A stretch of DNA of 62,894 bases, filler included. It is 9 parts of 9 records of this genome, joined end to end, with 100 filler letters (N's around TTAATTAATTAA, not from the genome) between each part and the next. Parts side by side here need not be neighbours in the genome. Positions count along the whole stretch, not along the records: positions 1 to 17,901 come from SRR20825010_5668; 8 more parts are not named here. One strand, 5' to 3'. Under the pieces are notes generated by a model. That model saw only the letters and a list, made by a program, of their open reading frames with translations, ran no database searches and was not told the origin of the DNA. Each line of letters begins with the position of its first letter. Position 1 is the stretch's first letter. Position numbers and translations under genes: made by a program. Shown piece by piece: positions 1 through 12,886 of the stretch.

Positions 1-1915
<1,915 letters not shown>

Positions 1916-1922
1916 AAGTCGC

Positions 1923-2657
1923 CTAGACTTGGTCGAGCAAGGCACGCATGCTACGAACAGCTTCATCCAGACCGGTGATCGCAGCGCGGGCAATAATGCT
2001 GTGGCCAATATTCAGCTCGTTGATGCCCGGGATTTCCGCAATCGGCAAAGTATTGTGGTAATGCAGCCCATGGCCAGCATTGACCACCAACCCCTGCTCC
2101 AGTGCCAACGCCACGCCAGCACGAATGCGCGCCAGCTCCTTCTGCTGTTCGTCCACCGTGTCTGCGTCCGCGTATCCACCGGTATGAATTTCGATTGCCG
2201 GGGCGCCACATTCACGGGCAGCTACAATCTGCGCTTCATCCGCATCAATAAACAGCGACACTTCGATGCCCGCTTGCCCTAGCCGCTGACAGCACTGAGC
2301 AATCCAGGCCTTGTTGCCCGCCACATCCAGGCCACCTTCGGTGGTCAGCTCCTCACGTTTTTCCGGTACCAGGCAGCAATGCGGTGGTTTAATTCGACAG
2401 GCAATGCCTACCATCTCTTCAGTGGCTGCCATTTCCAGATTCATGCGGGTTTGCAGCGTCTGCGCCAGCAGTTCCACATCCCGGTCATTGATATGCCGAC
2501 GGTCTTCGCGCAGGTGCACGGTAATGCCATCCGCACCGGCCTGCTCTGCGACCAGCGCGGCCTGTACCGGCTCGGGGTAGCGGGTGCCACGGGCCTGGCG
2601 AAGAGTGGCGATATGATCAATGTTGACGCCCAGAAGGACGCGGGAAGAATTCGACAT
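1923..2657 (-). CDS. pdxJ: Pyridoxine 5'-phosphate synthase
   Basis: [32 protein letters not shown] motifs; downstream of recO. Confidence 0.97.
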   Translation of the reverse strand: MSNSSRVLLGVNIDHIATLRQARGTRYPEPVQAALVAEQAGADGITVHLREDRRHINDRDVELLAQTLQTRMNLEMAATEEMVGIACRIKPPHCCLVPEKREELTTEGGLDVAGNKAWIAQCCQRLGQAGIEVSLFIDADEAQIVAARECGAPAIEIHTGGYADADTVDEQQKELARIRAGVALALEQGLVVNAGHGLHYHNTLPIAEIPGINELNIGHSIIARAAITGLDEAVRSMRALLDQV

Positions 2658-2670
2658 GTTCAAAACCCGG

Positions 2671-2816
2671 TTGAAAGTTCAAAGTTCAAAGTTGAAAACC
2701 CCGACCAACAGGAACCAACAGCGCCGTGTTTCGCTGCCGCAGGCAATTCCCCGGTATGGCAATGCCGTATCTGTCAGCCTTCCTCGCGCTTTCAACTTTG
2801 AACTTTAAACTTGTAA
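2671..2816. repeat. Intergenic element with inverted arms of tandem 7-mers
   Basis: TTGAAAG TTCAAAG TTCAAAG TTGAAAA (2671-2698) and CTTTCAA CTTTGAA CTTTAAA CTTGTAA (2789-2816). Confidence 0.8.
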
Positions 2817-2817
2817 C

Positions 2818-3495
2818 TCATTTCTCCCGAAACAGCTCCCGGCTTTTCAATGGCCGGTTGCCCAGATGCTGCGCCAGTAAATGTCGACATAGACTCAATG
2901 CTGCCCTGCGCGAAGCGGGATGCCAATCACCCTGGGCAATGGCCAGCAAGTCTGCGCCAGCATAACCGGCCCCGGTTTCTGTCTTCGCCAAACCTTGCTC
3001 AGGATTTAACTGGTATAACGCCTCGGGGTCCAGCCCGTGCCCATTAACATCCTGATCCAGAGCAATGCCGTAACCGATTTGCTCCAGCACCGCCAATTCG
3101 AATTGCCGCAGCGTGATGTCGAACGGTGTCGGCGTCTGCAAGTCGGACAGAGCCTGTTCGTATAAAGGCCAAACCGACGGATTCGGATCGTCCCGGTGCA
3201 GCAGTCGCGTCAGTAGCTCGTTCAGGTAAAACCCGCAGTACAACGCCTTGCCGGTCAGCATAAGGCGATTGCCGCGCGGCTCGCACGCGCGCAGGGAATA
3301 CATCTCGCCGGAGGGCTTTAACTCTACCCACAGGGGCGTAAACGGTGCCAGCAACGGGTCTTTGCGGCCACCGCGCACCACCGCACCAATGCGGCCTAGC
3401 GCAGGAAGAAACAGGTCTACCGTCAGGCTGGTATTACGAAAAGGCCGCCGGTGAATCAGCCAGGCGGCTTGCAGTGACGTCTCAGCGCGGCTCAT
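2818..3495 (-). CDS. recO: DNA repair protein RecO
   Basis: AWLIHRRPFRNTSL, LYCGFYLNELL, LKSRELF; era-recO-pdxJ synteny; ATG at 3495. Confidence 0.95.
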   Translation of the reverse strand: MSRAETSLQAAWLIHRRPFRNTSLTVDLFLPALGRIGAVVRGGRKDPLLAPFTPLWVELKPSGEMYSLRACEPRGNRLMLTGKALYCGFYLNELLTRLLHRDDPNPSVWPLYEQALSDLQTPTPFDITLRQFELAVLEQIGYGIALDQDVNGHGLDPEALYQLNPEQGLAKTETGAGYAGADLLAIAQGDWHPASRRAALSLCRHLLAQHLGNRPLKSRELFREK

Positions 3496-4414
3496 CGTAG
3501 CCGAGCGAGCGCAGCGCACGGGCGTCATCGGACCACCCCGCCTTGATCTTCACCCACAGGTTGAGCATCACCTTGCGCTCGATCAGGCGTTCAATATCTT
3601 CACGGGCCTGAATGCCGATCTGCTTGATGCGCTCGCCCTTGTCACCAATAAGGATTTTTTTCTGGCCGCGGCGCTCCACCAGAATGGCGGCGGAAATTTC
3701 GGTGACGCGGGGGCCATCTTCCCACATCTCCACTTCCACACTCACCTGATGGGGTACTTCCTGCCCGAGCTGACGAACCACTTTTTCGCGAATGATTTCC
3801 GCTACCATAAAACGCAAGCTGCGGTCAGTAAGCTGATCTTCCTCGTACCAGAACTCACCTTCCGGCAAACGCTGAACCAGTGCTTTTTCAAGCTCCACCA
3901 GGTTTTGTTCGCGCAATGCAGAGACTGGAATCACCGCATCGAAGGGGTAACGTTCACTCAAAGTCTGGATATGCGGCAACAAGGCCGCCTTGTCATCCAC
4001 GTTATCGACCTTGTTAATGATCAACAGTACCGGCACCTGATCCTTTTCCGGCAACAGGGACAGCACGTGCTCGTCCGCCGGCGTCCACTTCATGGCATCC
4101 ACCATCATGCAGATCACGTCCACACCGAACAGGGTGGACACTGCGGCTTCATTCATGGCGCGGTTCAGCGCCTTTTCCTGACCGGTATGAATACCCGGCG
4201 TATCGGCAAAAATAATCTGATAGTTGTCCCGGCTGAGAATTCCGTGGATGCGGTGACGGGTGGTCTGCGGCTTGCGTGAAGTAATGCTGACTTTCTGGCC
4301 GATCAAGTGGTTCATCAACGTGGATTTGCCCACGTTGGGACGCCCGACGATGGACACCATGCCGCAACGGGTCGCGTGGGAGTCATCGGGTTGGGACGTT
4401 GGGATATCAGTCAT
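3482..4414 (-). CDS. era: GTPase Era
   Basis: GRPNVGKSTL, DTPG, NKVD, KH domain; ATG at 4414 overlaps the rnc stop. Confidence 0.97.
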   Translation of the reverse strand: MTDIPTSQPDDSHATRCGMVSIVGRPNVGKSTLMNHLIGQKVSITSRKPQTTRHRIHGILSRDNYQIIFADTPGIHTGQEKALNRAMNEAAVSTLFGVDVICMMVDAMKWTPADEHVLSLLPEKDQVPVLLIINKVDNVDDKAALLPHIQTLSERYPFDAVIPVSALREQNLVELEKALVQRLPEGEFWYEEDQLTDRSLRFMVAEIIREKVVRQLGQEVPHQVSVEVEMWEDGPRVTEISAAILVERRGQKKILIGDKGERIKQIGIQAREDIERLIERKVMLNLWVKIKAGWSDDARALRSLGYDEPR

Positions 4415-5093
4415 ACTGTTGCTCCAGCCATTCAAGCGCCAGGCTTGCGGCCTCCTGCTCGGCCTTGCGGCGGCTCGCGCCCTGGGCGATAAATATCTGC
4501 TGCACCTGATCCAGTGAGCACTGCACATCGAAGGTCTGTTTCGGAGCCAGCCCTTCCACTTGGGTCACTTCATAGGTCGGCAATTCAAATTTGCGCGCCT
4601 GCAGCCATTCCTGCAAACGGGTTTTGGCATCTTTCTGGGCACTTTGCGGGGAGATGGCGTCAAGGCGTGGCGCAAACCAGCAAAGCACAACCTCACGGCA
4701 ACGGGACTCACCACCGTCCAGCAACATGGCACCAATAATCGACTCCAGCGCATCCGCAAGAATGGAATCACGGCGGAAGCCGCCGCTTTTCAACTCACCG
4801 CCACCCAGCACCAGGTATTCCCCCAGGCCCAGCTCCCGGGCTACCAGAGCCAGCGTTTGGCCACGCACCAAAGACGCCCGCATTCGGGTCAACTGACCTT
4901 CGGCTGCTTCCGGGAACTGTTCAAACAGGGCAACGGAAATAATTTGCCCGAGCTGGGCATCACCGAGAAACTCCAGGCGTTCGTAATTACGGTGGCGGCT
5001 GACACTACGGTGTGTCAGCGCCAACTCGAGAAGGGAAATATCCTGGAACTGATAGCCCAGGCGGGCCATCAGCCGGTTAAGATCACCGTTCAC
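4407..5093 (-). CDS. rnc: Ribonuclease III
   Basis: NYERLEFLGDA signature, dsRBD KTRLQEWLQ. Confidence 0.97.
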   Translation of the reverse strand: MNGDLNRLMARLGYQFQDISLLELALTHRSVSRHRNYERLEFLGDAQLGQIISVALFEQFPEAAEGQLTRMRASLVRGQTLALVARELGLGEYLVLGGGELKSGGFRRDSILADALESIIGAMLLDGGESRCREVVLCWFAPRLDAISPQSAQKDAKTRLQEWLQARKFELPTYEVTQVEGLAPKQTFDVQCSLDQVQQIFIAQGASRRKAEQEAASLALEWLEQQYD

Positions 5094-5473
5094 TGGCGAA
5101 CGTCTTTCTTGAACTCGTCTTTGAAGGTCATCACGATGCTCACGTTGTAGAACATCGGTTCGCGCACTTCATAGTCTGTGGACACGGTCAGCACGCCGGC
5201 TTCCTTGGCGATAGCCAGGTCATCGACACGAATTACATCGACCTGGTTAATGGTGAAACGCTTGTCTATCCCTGCGCGAATTTCACTTGGGGACATGAGT
5301 GCTGTTTTGCTGTCCTGCAGCACTGAGCGGATGGTTGTCGAAATCGTGTTGTGCTCCATATAGGCCGGAACCATACGGAATGCTGCCGTCCCCAGAATAG
5401 CCACAACGATCAGCACGACTGCCCAGCTGATCAGTGACATCCCACGTTGCCGTGAGGGCGTTGTTGTCATCAT
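5090..5473 (-). CDS. DUF4845-type membrane protein with pilin-like N-terminus
   Basis: RQRGMSL plus hydrophobic helix; usual position between lepB and rnc. Confidence 0.8.
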   Translation of the reverse strand: MMTTTPSRQRGMSLISWAVVLIVVAILGTAAFRMVPAYMEHNTISTTIRSVLQDSKTALMSPSEIRAGIDKRFTINQVDVIRVDDLAIAKEAGVLTVSTDYEVREPMFYNVSIVMTFKDEFKKDVRQ

Positions 5474-5474
5474 T

Positions 5475-6266
5475 TTAGTTTGCCTCCACCTTATCAATGG
5501 CGCCATTACGAGAAAAACTGGGCAGAGAGAAAACCGGTTTCCAGTGCATCCAGATCATGAACGCTTCCCCCACGACCAGCCCCTCAGGGACTATACCCCA
5601 GAATCGGCTATCATTACTGTTATCACGGTTGTCGCCCATCACAAAGTAGGCATCTTCCGGCACCGTCCATTCCCCCTGGGTGCGTGCCTGCGGCACCTGA
5701 CGCCCGGTATAGGGGTTGGTTTTGCCTTCCTGCCAAATCAGGTGAGTCGCGTCACCCAACTGCTCAACATATTGCTTGCGCCACACCCCCGGGCCAGCCC
5801 ATTCATTCACCAGATCCCGGTCAACGATCTTCCCGTTAACCGTCAGAACGTTATCCTTCACCTGAACCGTGTCACCGGGCAACCCCACCACACGCTTGAT
5901 GAAGTTCTGCTTCCGGTTTTCCGGGTACTTGAACACCATCACATCACCGCGTTCAGGCTCACCGGTTGCAATGATTTTGGTATTGGTTACGGGTAAACGC
6001 AGGCCATAGGCAAACTTGTTTACCAGAATAAAGTCATTCACCTTCAGCGTTGGCAGCATGGAGCCGGAGGGAATGGTAAACGGTTCAACAATAAATGAAC
6101 GAATCACCAGCACCACGAAGAACACTGAAATCAGCGAGTTGGAGGTTTCCACTACACTGGCCACCGGGCCGCCCTTGCTCTTCAATTTCAGAGCCTTGTC
6201 GATCAGCCAGACGACAACGGTAATCGCCAGCGCCAGGGTCAACCAGAAACCGATATCAATATCCAA
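5475..6266 (-). CDS. lepB: Signal peptidase I
   Basis: EPFTIPSGSMLPTL, FIKRVVGLPGD, GDNRDNSNDSRFWG. Confidence 0.96.
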   Translation of the reverse strand: MDIDIGFWLTLALAITVVVWLIDKALKLKSKGGPVASVVETSNSLISVFFVVLVIRSFIVEPFTIPSGSMLPTLKVNDFILVNKFAYGLRLPVTNTKIIATGEPERGDVMVFKYPENRKQNFIKRVVGLPGDTVQVKDNVLTVNGKIVDRDLVNEWAGPGVWRKQYVEQLGDATHLIWQEGKTNPYTGRQVPQARTQGEWTVPEDAYFVMGDNRDNSNDSRFWGIVPEGLVVGEAFMIWMHWKPVFSLPSFSRNGAIDKVEAN

Positions 6267-6287
6267 CAGAAATCTCCATTAAAAGAC

Positions 6288-6432
6288 GCAACAAGCTGCA
6301 CGCCCCACGCATCACATCAAAAGCAAAAACACCTAATGTGAAAAGTTAAGTGCCAGAACTCCAGATCCAATAAAAGCCCGAAAGGCAGAACCGCAGATTC
6401 TCGCGTGTTGCGTGATGCGTGCGGCCTGCTGC
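6288..6432. repeat. Intergenic element with inverted arms of tandem 7-mers
   Basis: GCAACAA GCTGCAC GCCCCAC GCATCAC (6288-6315) and GTGTTGC GTGATGC GTGCGGC CTGCTGC (6405-6432). Confidence 0.7.
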
Positions 6433-6438
6433 GGCTCT

Positions 6439-8238
6439 TTAATCATCCACCTTCAGCACGGCCAGGAAGGCCTCTTGGGGAATTTCCACATTCCCCACCT
6501 GCTTCATGCGCTTCTTGCCTTCTTTCTGCTTCTGCAGCAGTTTTTTCTTACGCGATACGTCACCGCCATAGCATTTCGCGGTCACATTCTTGCGCAGGGC
6601 CTTTACCGTCTGGCGGGCAATAATCTTGCTGCCAATGGCCGCCTGAATGGCCACATCAAACATCTGGCGCGGCACCAGCTCTTTCATTTTTTCACACAGG
6701 GCACGGCCCCGGTAGGCAGACTGATCCAGGTGGCAGATCATCGCCAGCGCATCCACCTTATCGCCATTGATCAGCACATCGACGCGCACCAGCTTGGTGG
6801 CTTCGAATCGCTCGAAGGCATAATCCATGGAAGCAAAGCCCCGGCTCACTGACTTGATACGATCGAAGAAATCCAGCACCACTTCCGCCATGGGAATATC
6901 GTAGGTCAGGGCAACCTGTTTACCCAGATACTGCATATTGATCTGCGAACCACGCCGCTCCACGCAAAGAGTGATCACATTACCCACATATTCCTGCGGC
7001 ACCAGGATATTGACCCGCGCAATCGGCTCACGGAACTCTTCGATCTTACCGCCTTCCGGCAGTTTGGACGGGTTATCCACGTGCAGGATGTCGCCGGAGA
7101 CCAGCGCCAGTTCGTACACCACCGTAGGTGCCGTGGTAATCAAATCCAGGTCGTATTCGCGTTCCAGCCGTTCCTGGATGATTTCCATGTGCAACATACC
7201 CAGGAAACCCACCCTGAAACCAAAACCCAACGCATCTGACGTCTCCGGCTCATAGAACAGGGAGGCATCATTCAGCGTCAGCTTGGCCAGCGCATCACGG
7301 AAATCTTCATAATCATCGGCACTCACCGGGAACATGCCCGCGTAGACCTGAGGCTTGACGTTCTTGAAGCCCGGCAAAGCTGGCACATTGGGGGTTTTCG
7401 CCAGGGTCAGGGTGTCACCCACCGGCGCCCCGTGAATATCCTTGATGCTGCCGCTCACCCAGCCCACTTCGCCGGCTTCCAGCAATTTGGTCTCGGTGCG
7501 TTTGGGAGTAAAGATGCCAAGGCTGTCGACCACGTGGGTCTGCCCGGTGGATTTCACCAGAATCTTGTCACCTTTTTTCAGACAGCCTTCTTTCACCCGC
7601 ACCAGCGAGATCACACCCATGTAGTTGTCGAACCAGGAATCGATGATCAGGGCCTGCAGATCTGATTCGCGCTCACCTTCCGGGGAGGGGATACGCTCGA
7701 CCAACTGTTCCAGCAGATCATCCACACCCACGCCGGTCTTCGCCGACACCCGGCAGGCATCATGAGCATCCAGACCAATAATTTCCTCGATCTCGTTGAT
7801 CACCATTTCCGGCTCGGCCTGGGGCAGGTCGATCTTGTTCAGGACCGGCAGCACTTCCAGGTCCTGTTCGATGGCGGTGTAGCAATTAGCCACGGACTGG
7901 GCTTCCACACCCTGGGCAGCGTCCACCACCAGCAGCGCCCCTTCACAGGCCGACAGGGAGCGCGAGACCTCGTAGGAGAAATCCACGTGCCCCGGCGTAT
8001 CAATAAAATTCAACTGGTAGGTTTCGCCATCACGGGCCTTGTAGTACAAGGTCACACTTTGGGCCTTGATGGTAATGCCCCTTTCCCGCTCAAGCTCCAT
8101 GGAATCCAGCACCTGAGACTTCAGCTCACGGTCACTAAGGCCGCCGCAAACCTGGATAAAGCGGTCTGCCAACGTGGATTTGCCATGGTCGATATGGGCA
8201 ATGATGGAAAAGTTGCGAATATTCTTGATGTCAGTCAT
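6439..8238 (-). CDS. lepA: Elongation factor 4 (LepA)
   Basis: [21 protein letters not shown]-terminal [17 protein letters not shown] at 8238. Confidence 0.98.
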   Translation of the reverse strand: MTDIKNIRNFSIIAHIDHGKSTLADRFIQVCGGLSDRELKSQVLDSMELERERGITIKAQSVTLYYKARDGETYQLNFIDTPGHVDFSYEVSRSLSACEGALLVVDAAQGVEAQSVANCYTAIEQDLEVLPVLNKIDLPQAEPEMVINEIEEIIGLDAHDACRVSAKTGVGVDDLLEQLVERIPSPEGERESDLQALIIDSWFDNYMGVISLVRVKEGCLKKGDKILVKSTGQTHVVDSLGIFTPKRTETKLLEAGEVGWVSGSIKDIHGAPVGDTLTLAKTPNVPALPGFKNVKPQVYAGMFPVSADDYEDFRDALAKLTLNDASLFYEPETSDALGFGFRVGFLGMLHMEIIQERLEREYDLDLITTAPTVVYELALVSGDILHVDNPSKLPEGGKIEEFREPIARVNILVPQEYVGNVITLCVERRGSQINMQYLGKQVALTYDIPMAEVVLDFFDRIKSVSRGFASMDYAFERFEATKLVRVDVLINGDKVDALAMICHLDQSAYRGRALCEKMKELVPRQMFDVAIQAAIGSKIIARQTVKALRKNVTAKCYGGDVSRKKKLLQKQKEGKKRMKQVGNVEIPQEAFLAVLKVDD

Positions 8239-8463
8239 AAGGCCTGTTGAACAAAAAGTCGTTGCCGCACCGATACTTCCCACCCCCTGGTTACACCAAG
8301 GATCAGAAAGAACCGTCCTGCTGCCCAACCCTGCGCCGGACAACACACCGTGATACTCAAAACGACAAACAATGGGCCGCGATTCTAGCGGATATCGGGG
8401 GGGAGTTGCACGGCGCACCGTCCGGTGCGCCGAAAAACCCTGTGTCAGGCCCTGAAAAAGGGG

Positions 8464-9912
8464 TTATGGCAGCTTCAGTGCCAGAAAACGGGGGGTGCCA
8501 TCACGGTTGACCAGTGCCGCCACCGTGCCCTCTTCCGGCAAGGCCGCCGCCGCATCGGCCAGATCCGCCGCGCTGTTGATCGGGGTATTGTGCAGGGTCA
8601 CCAAAATATCCCCCGCCTGAATACCCGCCTGCCGGGCCGGGCCATCACTCACCTGGGTCACCACCACACCGGCCTTGAGGTCCAAACGGCTCAATTCCGA
8701 CGTTGATGCTTCCCGCACGGCCAGTCCCAGTTTCACCGCGGGTGAAGCCTTATCGGATTTCGCCCCGCCCTTGAGAGCCATTTCCGGGTTATCCGGTAGC
8801 AGGCCGATGGTCACCGACAAGGTCTTTTTCTCGCCATCGCGGATCACCACCATGTCCACATCCGACTCGGGCTTCACCAGGCCAACCCAGCGCGGCAGCT
8901 CCGAGGAGCGGTAGATGGTTTCATCGTTGAAACGGGTAATCACGTCGCCCGGCTCCACCCCGGCTGCCTCGGCCGGAGAGCCCGCCAGTACCTGGGAAAC
9001 CAGCGCCCCGCGGGGCGAATCCAGGCCAAAGGACTCGGCCAGATCCCGGTCGACCTCCTGAATCAGCACTCCCAGCCAGCCTCGACTGACTTTACCGCCA
9101 TCCTTGAGCTGACTGACCACATCCATGGCCATGTCCATGGGAATGGCAAAGCTCACTCCCATATAACCGCCAGAACGACTGAAAATCTGTGAGTTGATCC
9201 CAACCACTTCACCGCTCAGGTTGAACAACGGCCCGCCGCTGTTACCCGGGTTGATCGCCACATCGGTCTGAATAAAGGGTACATAGCTATCGCTGGGCAG
9301 GCTGCGCCCTTTGGCGCTGACGATACCGGCCGTCACGCTGCTGTCGAAGCCGAACGGGGCGCCAATGGCCAATACCCATTCGCCGACTTTCAAATCCGCA
9401 GAGGAACCGATATCCACCACCGGCAAGTCACCGGCATCCACTTTCAACAGGGCCAGATCGCTCTGCTCATCGGCACCGACCAATTCAGCGGGCAATTCCC
9501 GGCGATCCTGCAAACGCACCATGATTTCATCGGCTTCCGCCACCACATGGTTGTTGGTCAACACATAGCCATCGGCAGAAATGATGAAGCCTGAACCCAA
9601 TGAGCGGGTGTCGTCCTGCTCCGGCAACGACGGCATATCGCCTTCACCGCCAAACTGTTCAAAGAAGTGCTGAAAGAACTCCGGCAACTGCTTGAGCTGA
9701 TCCGCAGCGGAAGATTCATCCCGGTGTGTAACGGTGCTGATGTTCACCACCGCCGGGCCTTCCTTCTCCACCAGACGGGTAAAATCAGGCAGCCCGGTTA
9801 CCAGGGGCTCACCGCGCTGGGCAGAGGGTTCAGAAGAAGGGTCGGAGCATGCCGCCAGTACGGCACTCAGCATTACAAGCCACACTGCTGCGAAACGATA
9901 TCCTCGTCGCAT
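8464..9912 (-). CDS. mucD: DegP/MucD serine protease with two PDZ domains
   Basis: GSGFIIS, TNNHVV, DVAINPGNSGGPL; possible lipobox LAAC; follows rseABC. Confidence 0.92.
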   Translation of the reverse strand: MRRGYRFAAVWLVMLSAVLAACSDPSSEPSAQRGEPLVTGLPDFTRLVEKEGPAVVNISTVTHRDESSAADQLKQLPEFFQHFFEQFGGEGDMPSLPEQDDTRSLGSGFIISADGYVLTNNHVVAEADEIMVRLQDRRELPAELVGADEQSDLALLKVDAGDLPVVDIGSSADLKVGEWVLAIGAPFGFDSSVTAGIVSAKGRSLPSDSYVPFIQTDVAINPGNSGGPLFNLSGEVVGINSQIFSRSGGYMGVSFAIPMDMAMDVVSQLKDGGKVSRGWLGVLIQEVDRDLAESFGLDSPRGALVSQVLAGSPAEAAGVEPGDVITRFNDETIYRSSELPRWVGLVKPESDVDMVVIRDGEKKTLSVTIGLLPDNPEMALKGGAKSDKASPAVKLGLAVREASTSELSRLDLKAGVVVTQVSDGPARQAGIQAGDILVTLHNTPINSAADLADAAAALPEEGTVAALVNRDGTPRFLALKLP

Positions 9913-9948
9913 TGAAGTCTCCTTTTGTCAGGCCTTTTTCACGGCCTT

Positions 9949-10422
9949 TTATTGCGATGCAGGCTTAATCACCACCGCCTGACAACTATCGTCCCCGGAT
10001 GGCATCAGACGAGGCTGGTAAGCCAGAGTATGCCCCGCACGGCGGCTCATGGCACGATTGACCGCGAAACCGAGAAACAGCCCCGCCATACCCAGCAAGG
10101 CAGACGTATCAACGGTTTCGACGGGAAGCACCGAGCCCAGCAAGGCACCGATAAACAACAACACCAGCGGCAACCCATATACCCACAAGGCACCACGCAT
10201 CAGCGCGCCTTCGGGTAAGGCTACATTAACGGTATCGCCAACCTGGTGAGAATCTTGAGAAGGGACGCGCAGGCGGGCACGCTGCCCGGACTGCTGTTCA
10301 TTGATAAGGTGATGCCCGCAACCGGCTTTCGCCTTGCAGGCACCACAGGTGGACGCACGCACAGTTTCTACCCAGATAGCCCCGGGCTCTACCGCCACGA
10401 CGACTCCCTGCTCCTGCAACAT
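9949..10422 (-). CDS. rseC: RseC/MucC family protein
   Basis: CGACKAKAGCG motif, two TM helices, operon position. Confidence 0.9.
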   Translation of the reverse strand: MLQEQGVVVAVEPGAIWVETVRASTCGACKAKAGCGHHLINEQQSGQRARLRVPSQDSHQVGDTVNVALPEGALMRGALWVYGLPLVLLFIGALLGSVLPVETVDTSALLGMAGLFLGFAVNRAMSRRAGHTLAYQPRLMPSGDDSCQAVVIKPASQ

Positions 10423-11402
10423 CAGGGTTGGCTGTCTCGCACGCTGATGCCTTCAATCACGCGCTCTGCGGTATTTTGCGGCACCTCGCCCACCAGCGTT
10501 ACCAGGTACGCACCACTGGGGGCCGTGAGTCTGCGGCTAACGGCGACCGTAGGGCCTACACGGCTCACGCCTTCCTCCACGGTGCTGTCACCCACCGCTT
10601 CCACAAACACGGTAAAGGCCGCCAGACCGTCACTGTAGCCTTGTGCTGCCACCGGCTCGCGGTCGGAACCGCCCTGACGCCAGTCTTTATCCACGGAGGT
10701 AAACCCCGCCGGCATCCACTTCGCATCCACCGACAACTGGTGAGACGGGTGAGAATCCGCCAGTTGTTTGAGATCGCTTTCTTTCACGGTTTCCGGGATG
10801 GCGAAATCCTGCTCGGTGAGCGGCGGCGCCAGCGTCAGGGTGACAAACTCCACCCGCTCCAGCGCCACACCACTGCCATCAACCACTTCCGATTTCAGCA
10901 GCAGATTACTGTCGTTATCCAGCCACAGGCGGTAACCGTAACGGTGGTTATCCAGGGGCGCCACACGCATACGCGTGGCCGCACGGCCGGCAACGCGACC
11001 ATCACCATCCACCAGAATGTTGTACTGCTCCGGCACATCGCTGGCGATCCGATCGCCCAGCGCCAAGGGACCACCCTTCTCACGGTTAATGCGAGTCAGG
11101 GTGCCGTTCGGGTGCAGACACACCACCTCGTCACCCCGGCGCAGCACCTCCACCAGGCGACCATCCAGATGGGTCAGCCGCTGGAACTCACGGCCACCGA
11201 TCACCGCATGGCTCACTTCCATGGTGCTGACTTCGGCACCAAACTGATAAAGGAAACGGCCAGTGTAATCGAGGGATCGATTGGCCTGTGCCATGGACTG
11301 GAGCTGATCCTGCGCCGGCGAGGGGTTCGCCAGCGCCACTTCAGACAGCGCCACCATTGGCGAGCAGAGGGTCAGAGAGAAGGCAAGAGCTCGAAGCATC
11401 AT
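10422..11402 (-). CDS. rseB: Sigma-E regulatory protein RseB/MucB
   Basis: Signal peptide, RYGYRLWLD, YSDGLAAFTVFVE, VTLVGEVP. Confidence 0.92.
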   Translation of the reverse strand: MMLRALAFSLTLCSPMVALSEVALANPSPAQDQLQSMAQANRSLDYTGRFLYQFGAEVSTMEVSHAVIGGREFQRLTHLDGRLVEVLRRGDEVVCLHPNGTLTRINREKGGPLALGDRIASDVPEQYNILVDGDGRVAGRAATRMRVAPLDNHRYGYRLWLDNDSNLLLKSEVVDGSGVALERVEFVTLTLAPPLTEQDFAIPETVKESDLKQLADSHPSHQLSVDAKWMPAGFTSVDKDWRQGGSDREPVAAQGYSDGLAAFTVFVEAVGDSTVEEGVSRVGPTVAVSRRLTAPSGAYLVTLVGEVPQNTAERVIEGISVRDSQP

Positions 11403-11405
11403 CCG

Positions 11406-11990
11406 TTAGCGGGCCCCGTGACGGGCATCCATGCTGACCAGGCGAGCAAAGGGCATCATGCCCTGGCCGCTATGGCGCGCTGCGAAATCGCTATGACGCA
11501 ACAGCATGTTGTTCACACGGGGCTGGGAGACCGGCACCGCAGTAGCGGGGGTCGCCGTCACATTGCTGGTCTTGAACGCCTGGGATACCAGGGAGGTTTC
11601 ACCAAACGGACGGCTGATGCGGTTATCCGGCGCCGCAGCGGCCAGAGCCGGGGCTGCCGAACCATTCACCGCCTGGCTGCCTTCCCAGGTCTGCCAGCCA
11701 ACCACCGTGGCCGCCGCCACAGAAGCGGCCACCGCCAGACGTGCCATGCCACCCAGCCATGCTGGACGACGCGCCGGTACCGCTTCGTCCGCCAACGCAG
11801 CAGACAGGCTGGCATTAAAACCCGCGGGCACTGCCATGGACGCCTGACCATGCATAACATCACTGGCCAGCTGCCAACGTGCCAGCGTATCCAGCTCGCT
11901 ATCATCGATATCACGCATTACCCGGCGGGTTTCCAGCTCGCTGGTTTCACCGTCGAGGAACGCGGACAACGTTTCCAAATCCCTGTTCAT
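11406..11990 (-). CDS. rseA: Anti-sigma-E factor RseA/MucA
   Basis: ETLSAFLDGE N-terminus, TM LAVAASVAAA; ATG at 11990. Confidence 0.9.
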   Translation of the reverse strand: MNRDLETLSAFLDGETSELETRRVMRDIDDSELDTLARWQLASDVMHGQASMAVPAGFNASLSAALADEAVPARRPAWLGGMARLAVAASVAAATVVGWQTWEGSQAVNGSAAPALAAAAPDNRISRPFGETSLVSQAFKTSNVTATPATAVPVSQPRVNNMLLRHSDFAARHSGQGMMPFARLVSMDARHGAR

Positions 11991-11994
11991 ACTC

Positions 11995-12579
11995 TCACCC
12001 TTTATCGCCGCGCTGTGAGCCCAATAGCGGGCGGACAGCTGTGTCAATTGCTTCCCTGGCCCGGAAAATCCGGGACCGAACTGTGCCCACCGGGCATTCC
12101 ATGACGACCGCAATGTCCTCGTAGCTAAGGCCCTCGAATTCACGCAGGGTCACCGCAGTCTTCAACTCCTGAGGCAGCTCGTTGATCGCTGCATGGATCA
12201 CCGCCTCCAGTTCCTCTGACAACACGAGGGACTCCGGGGTTCCAATCTCGTGCAGCATTTCTGCACCGGCGTACTGCTCGGCTTCGGCTGCATCTAGGTC
12301 AGAGCCCGGCGGCCGCCGGCTGGCAGACACCAGATGATTCTTGGCAGTATTGACCGCGATACGATAAAGCCAGGTATAAAAGGCGCTGTCTCCACGGAAT
12401 CGGGGTAGCGCGCGCCAGGCTTTGATAAAGGCTTCCTGGGCAACATCCTGGACCTCGTCCTGGTCACGCACATAGCGGCTAATCAACGCAAAAAGGCGCT
12501 GCTGGTACTTGTGCACCAACACCTCAAAGGCACGTTGATCGCCGGTTTTGGCTTTCTTGACCAACTCTTCGTCTGACAC
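11995..12579 (-). CDS. rpoE: ECF sigma factor RpoE/AlgU
   Basis: DVAQEAFIKA, FYTWLYRIAVNTAKN, CPVGTVRSRIFRAR. Confidence 0.97.
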   Translation of the reverse strand: MSDEELVKKAKTGDQRAFEVLVHKYQQRLFALISRYVRDQDEVQDVAQEAFIKAWRALPRFRGDSAFYTWLYRIAVNTAKNHLVSASRRPPGSDLDAAEAEQYAGAEMLHEIGTPESLVLSEELEAVIHAAINELPQELKTAVTLREFEGLSYEDIAVVMECPVGTVRSRIFRAREAIDTAVRPLLGSQRGDKG

Positions 12580-12886
12580 CGATCCCCCGGATCTATCGCG
12601 AAACGCGTGAAGTAACCATGGCCGTATTATGACGACCCGCTAAAACGCGCCATTGTAGCAGTTGCCGGCGTGGCGGCTACACCATGAGCGCGATTTCGCC
12701 ACCTTTTCACATTGCTTGAACATTTCTTTGCCAATGCGATGACGTGTTTATAGGACAGAATCGGACAGGCAAGAGCCCTGATGGTTCCAGCAGCACTGAA
12801 AATCAGACGCATTCTCAAGACAAGGGAGGGACAATCAGGCCCTCACAGGCGCTAAAGCCCCTGTGAGGAACCGTCGAAGCTCAAGA

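Noticed and set aside
10428-12104. 558-aa + strand ORF
   Set aside because: Antisense shadow of rseB and rseA.
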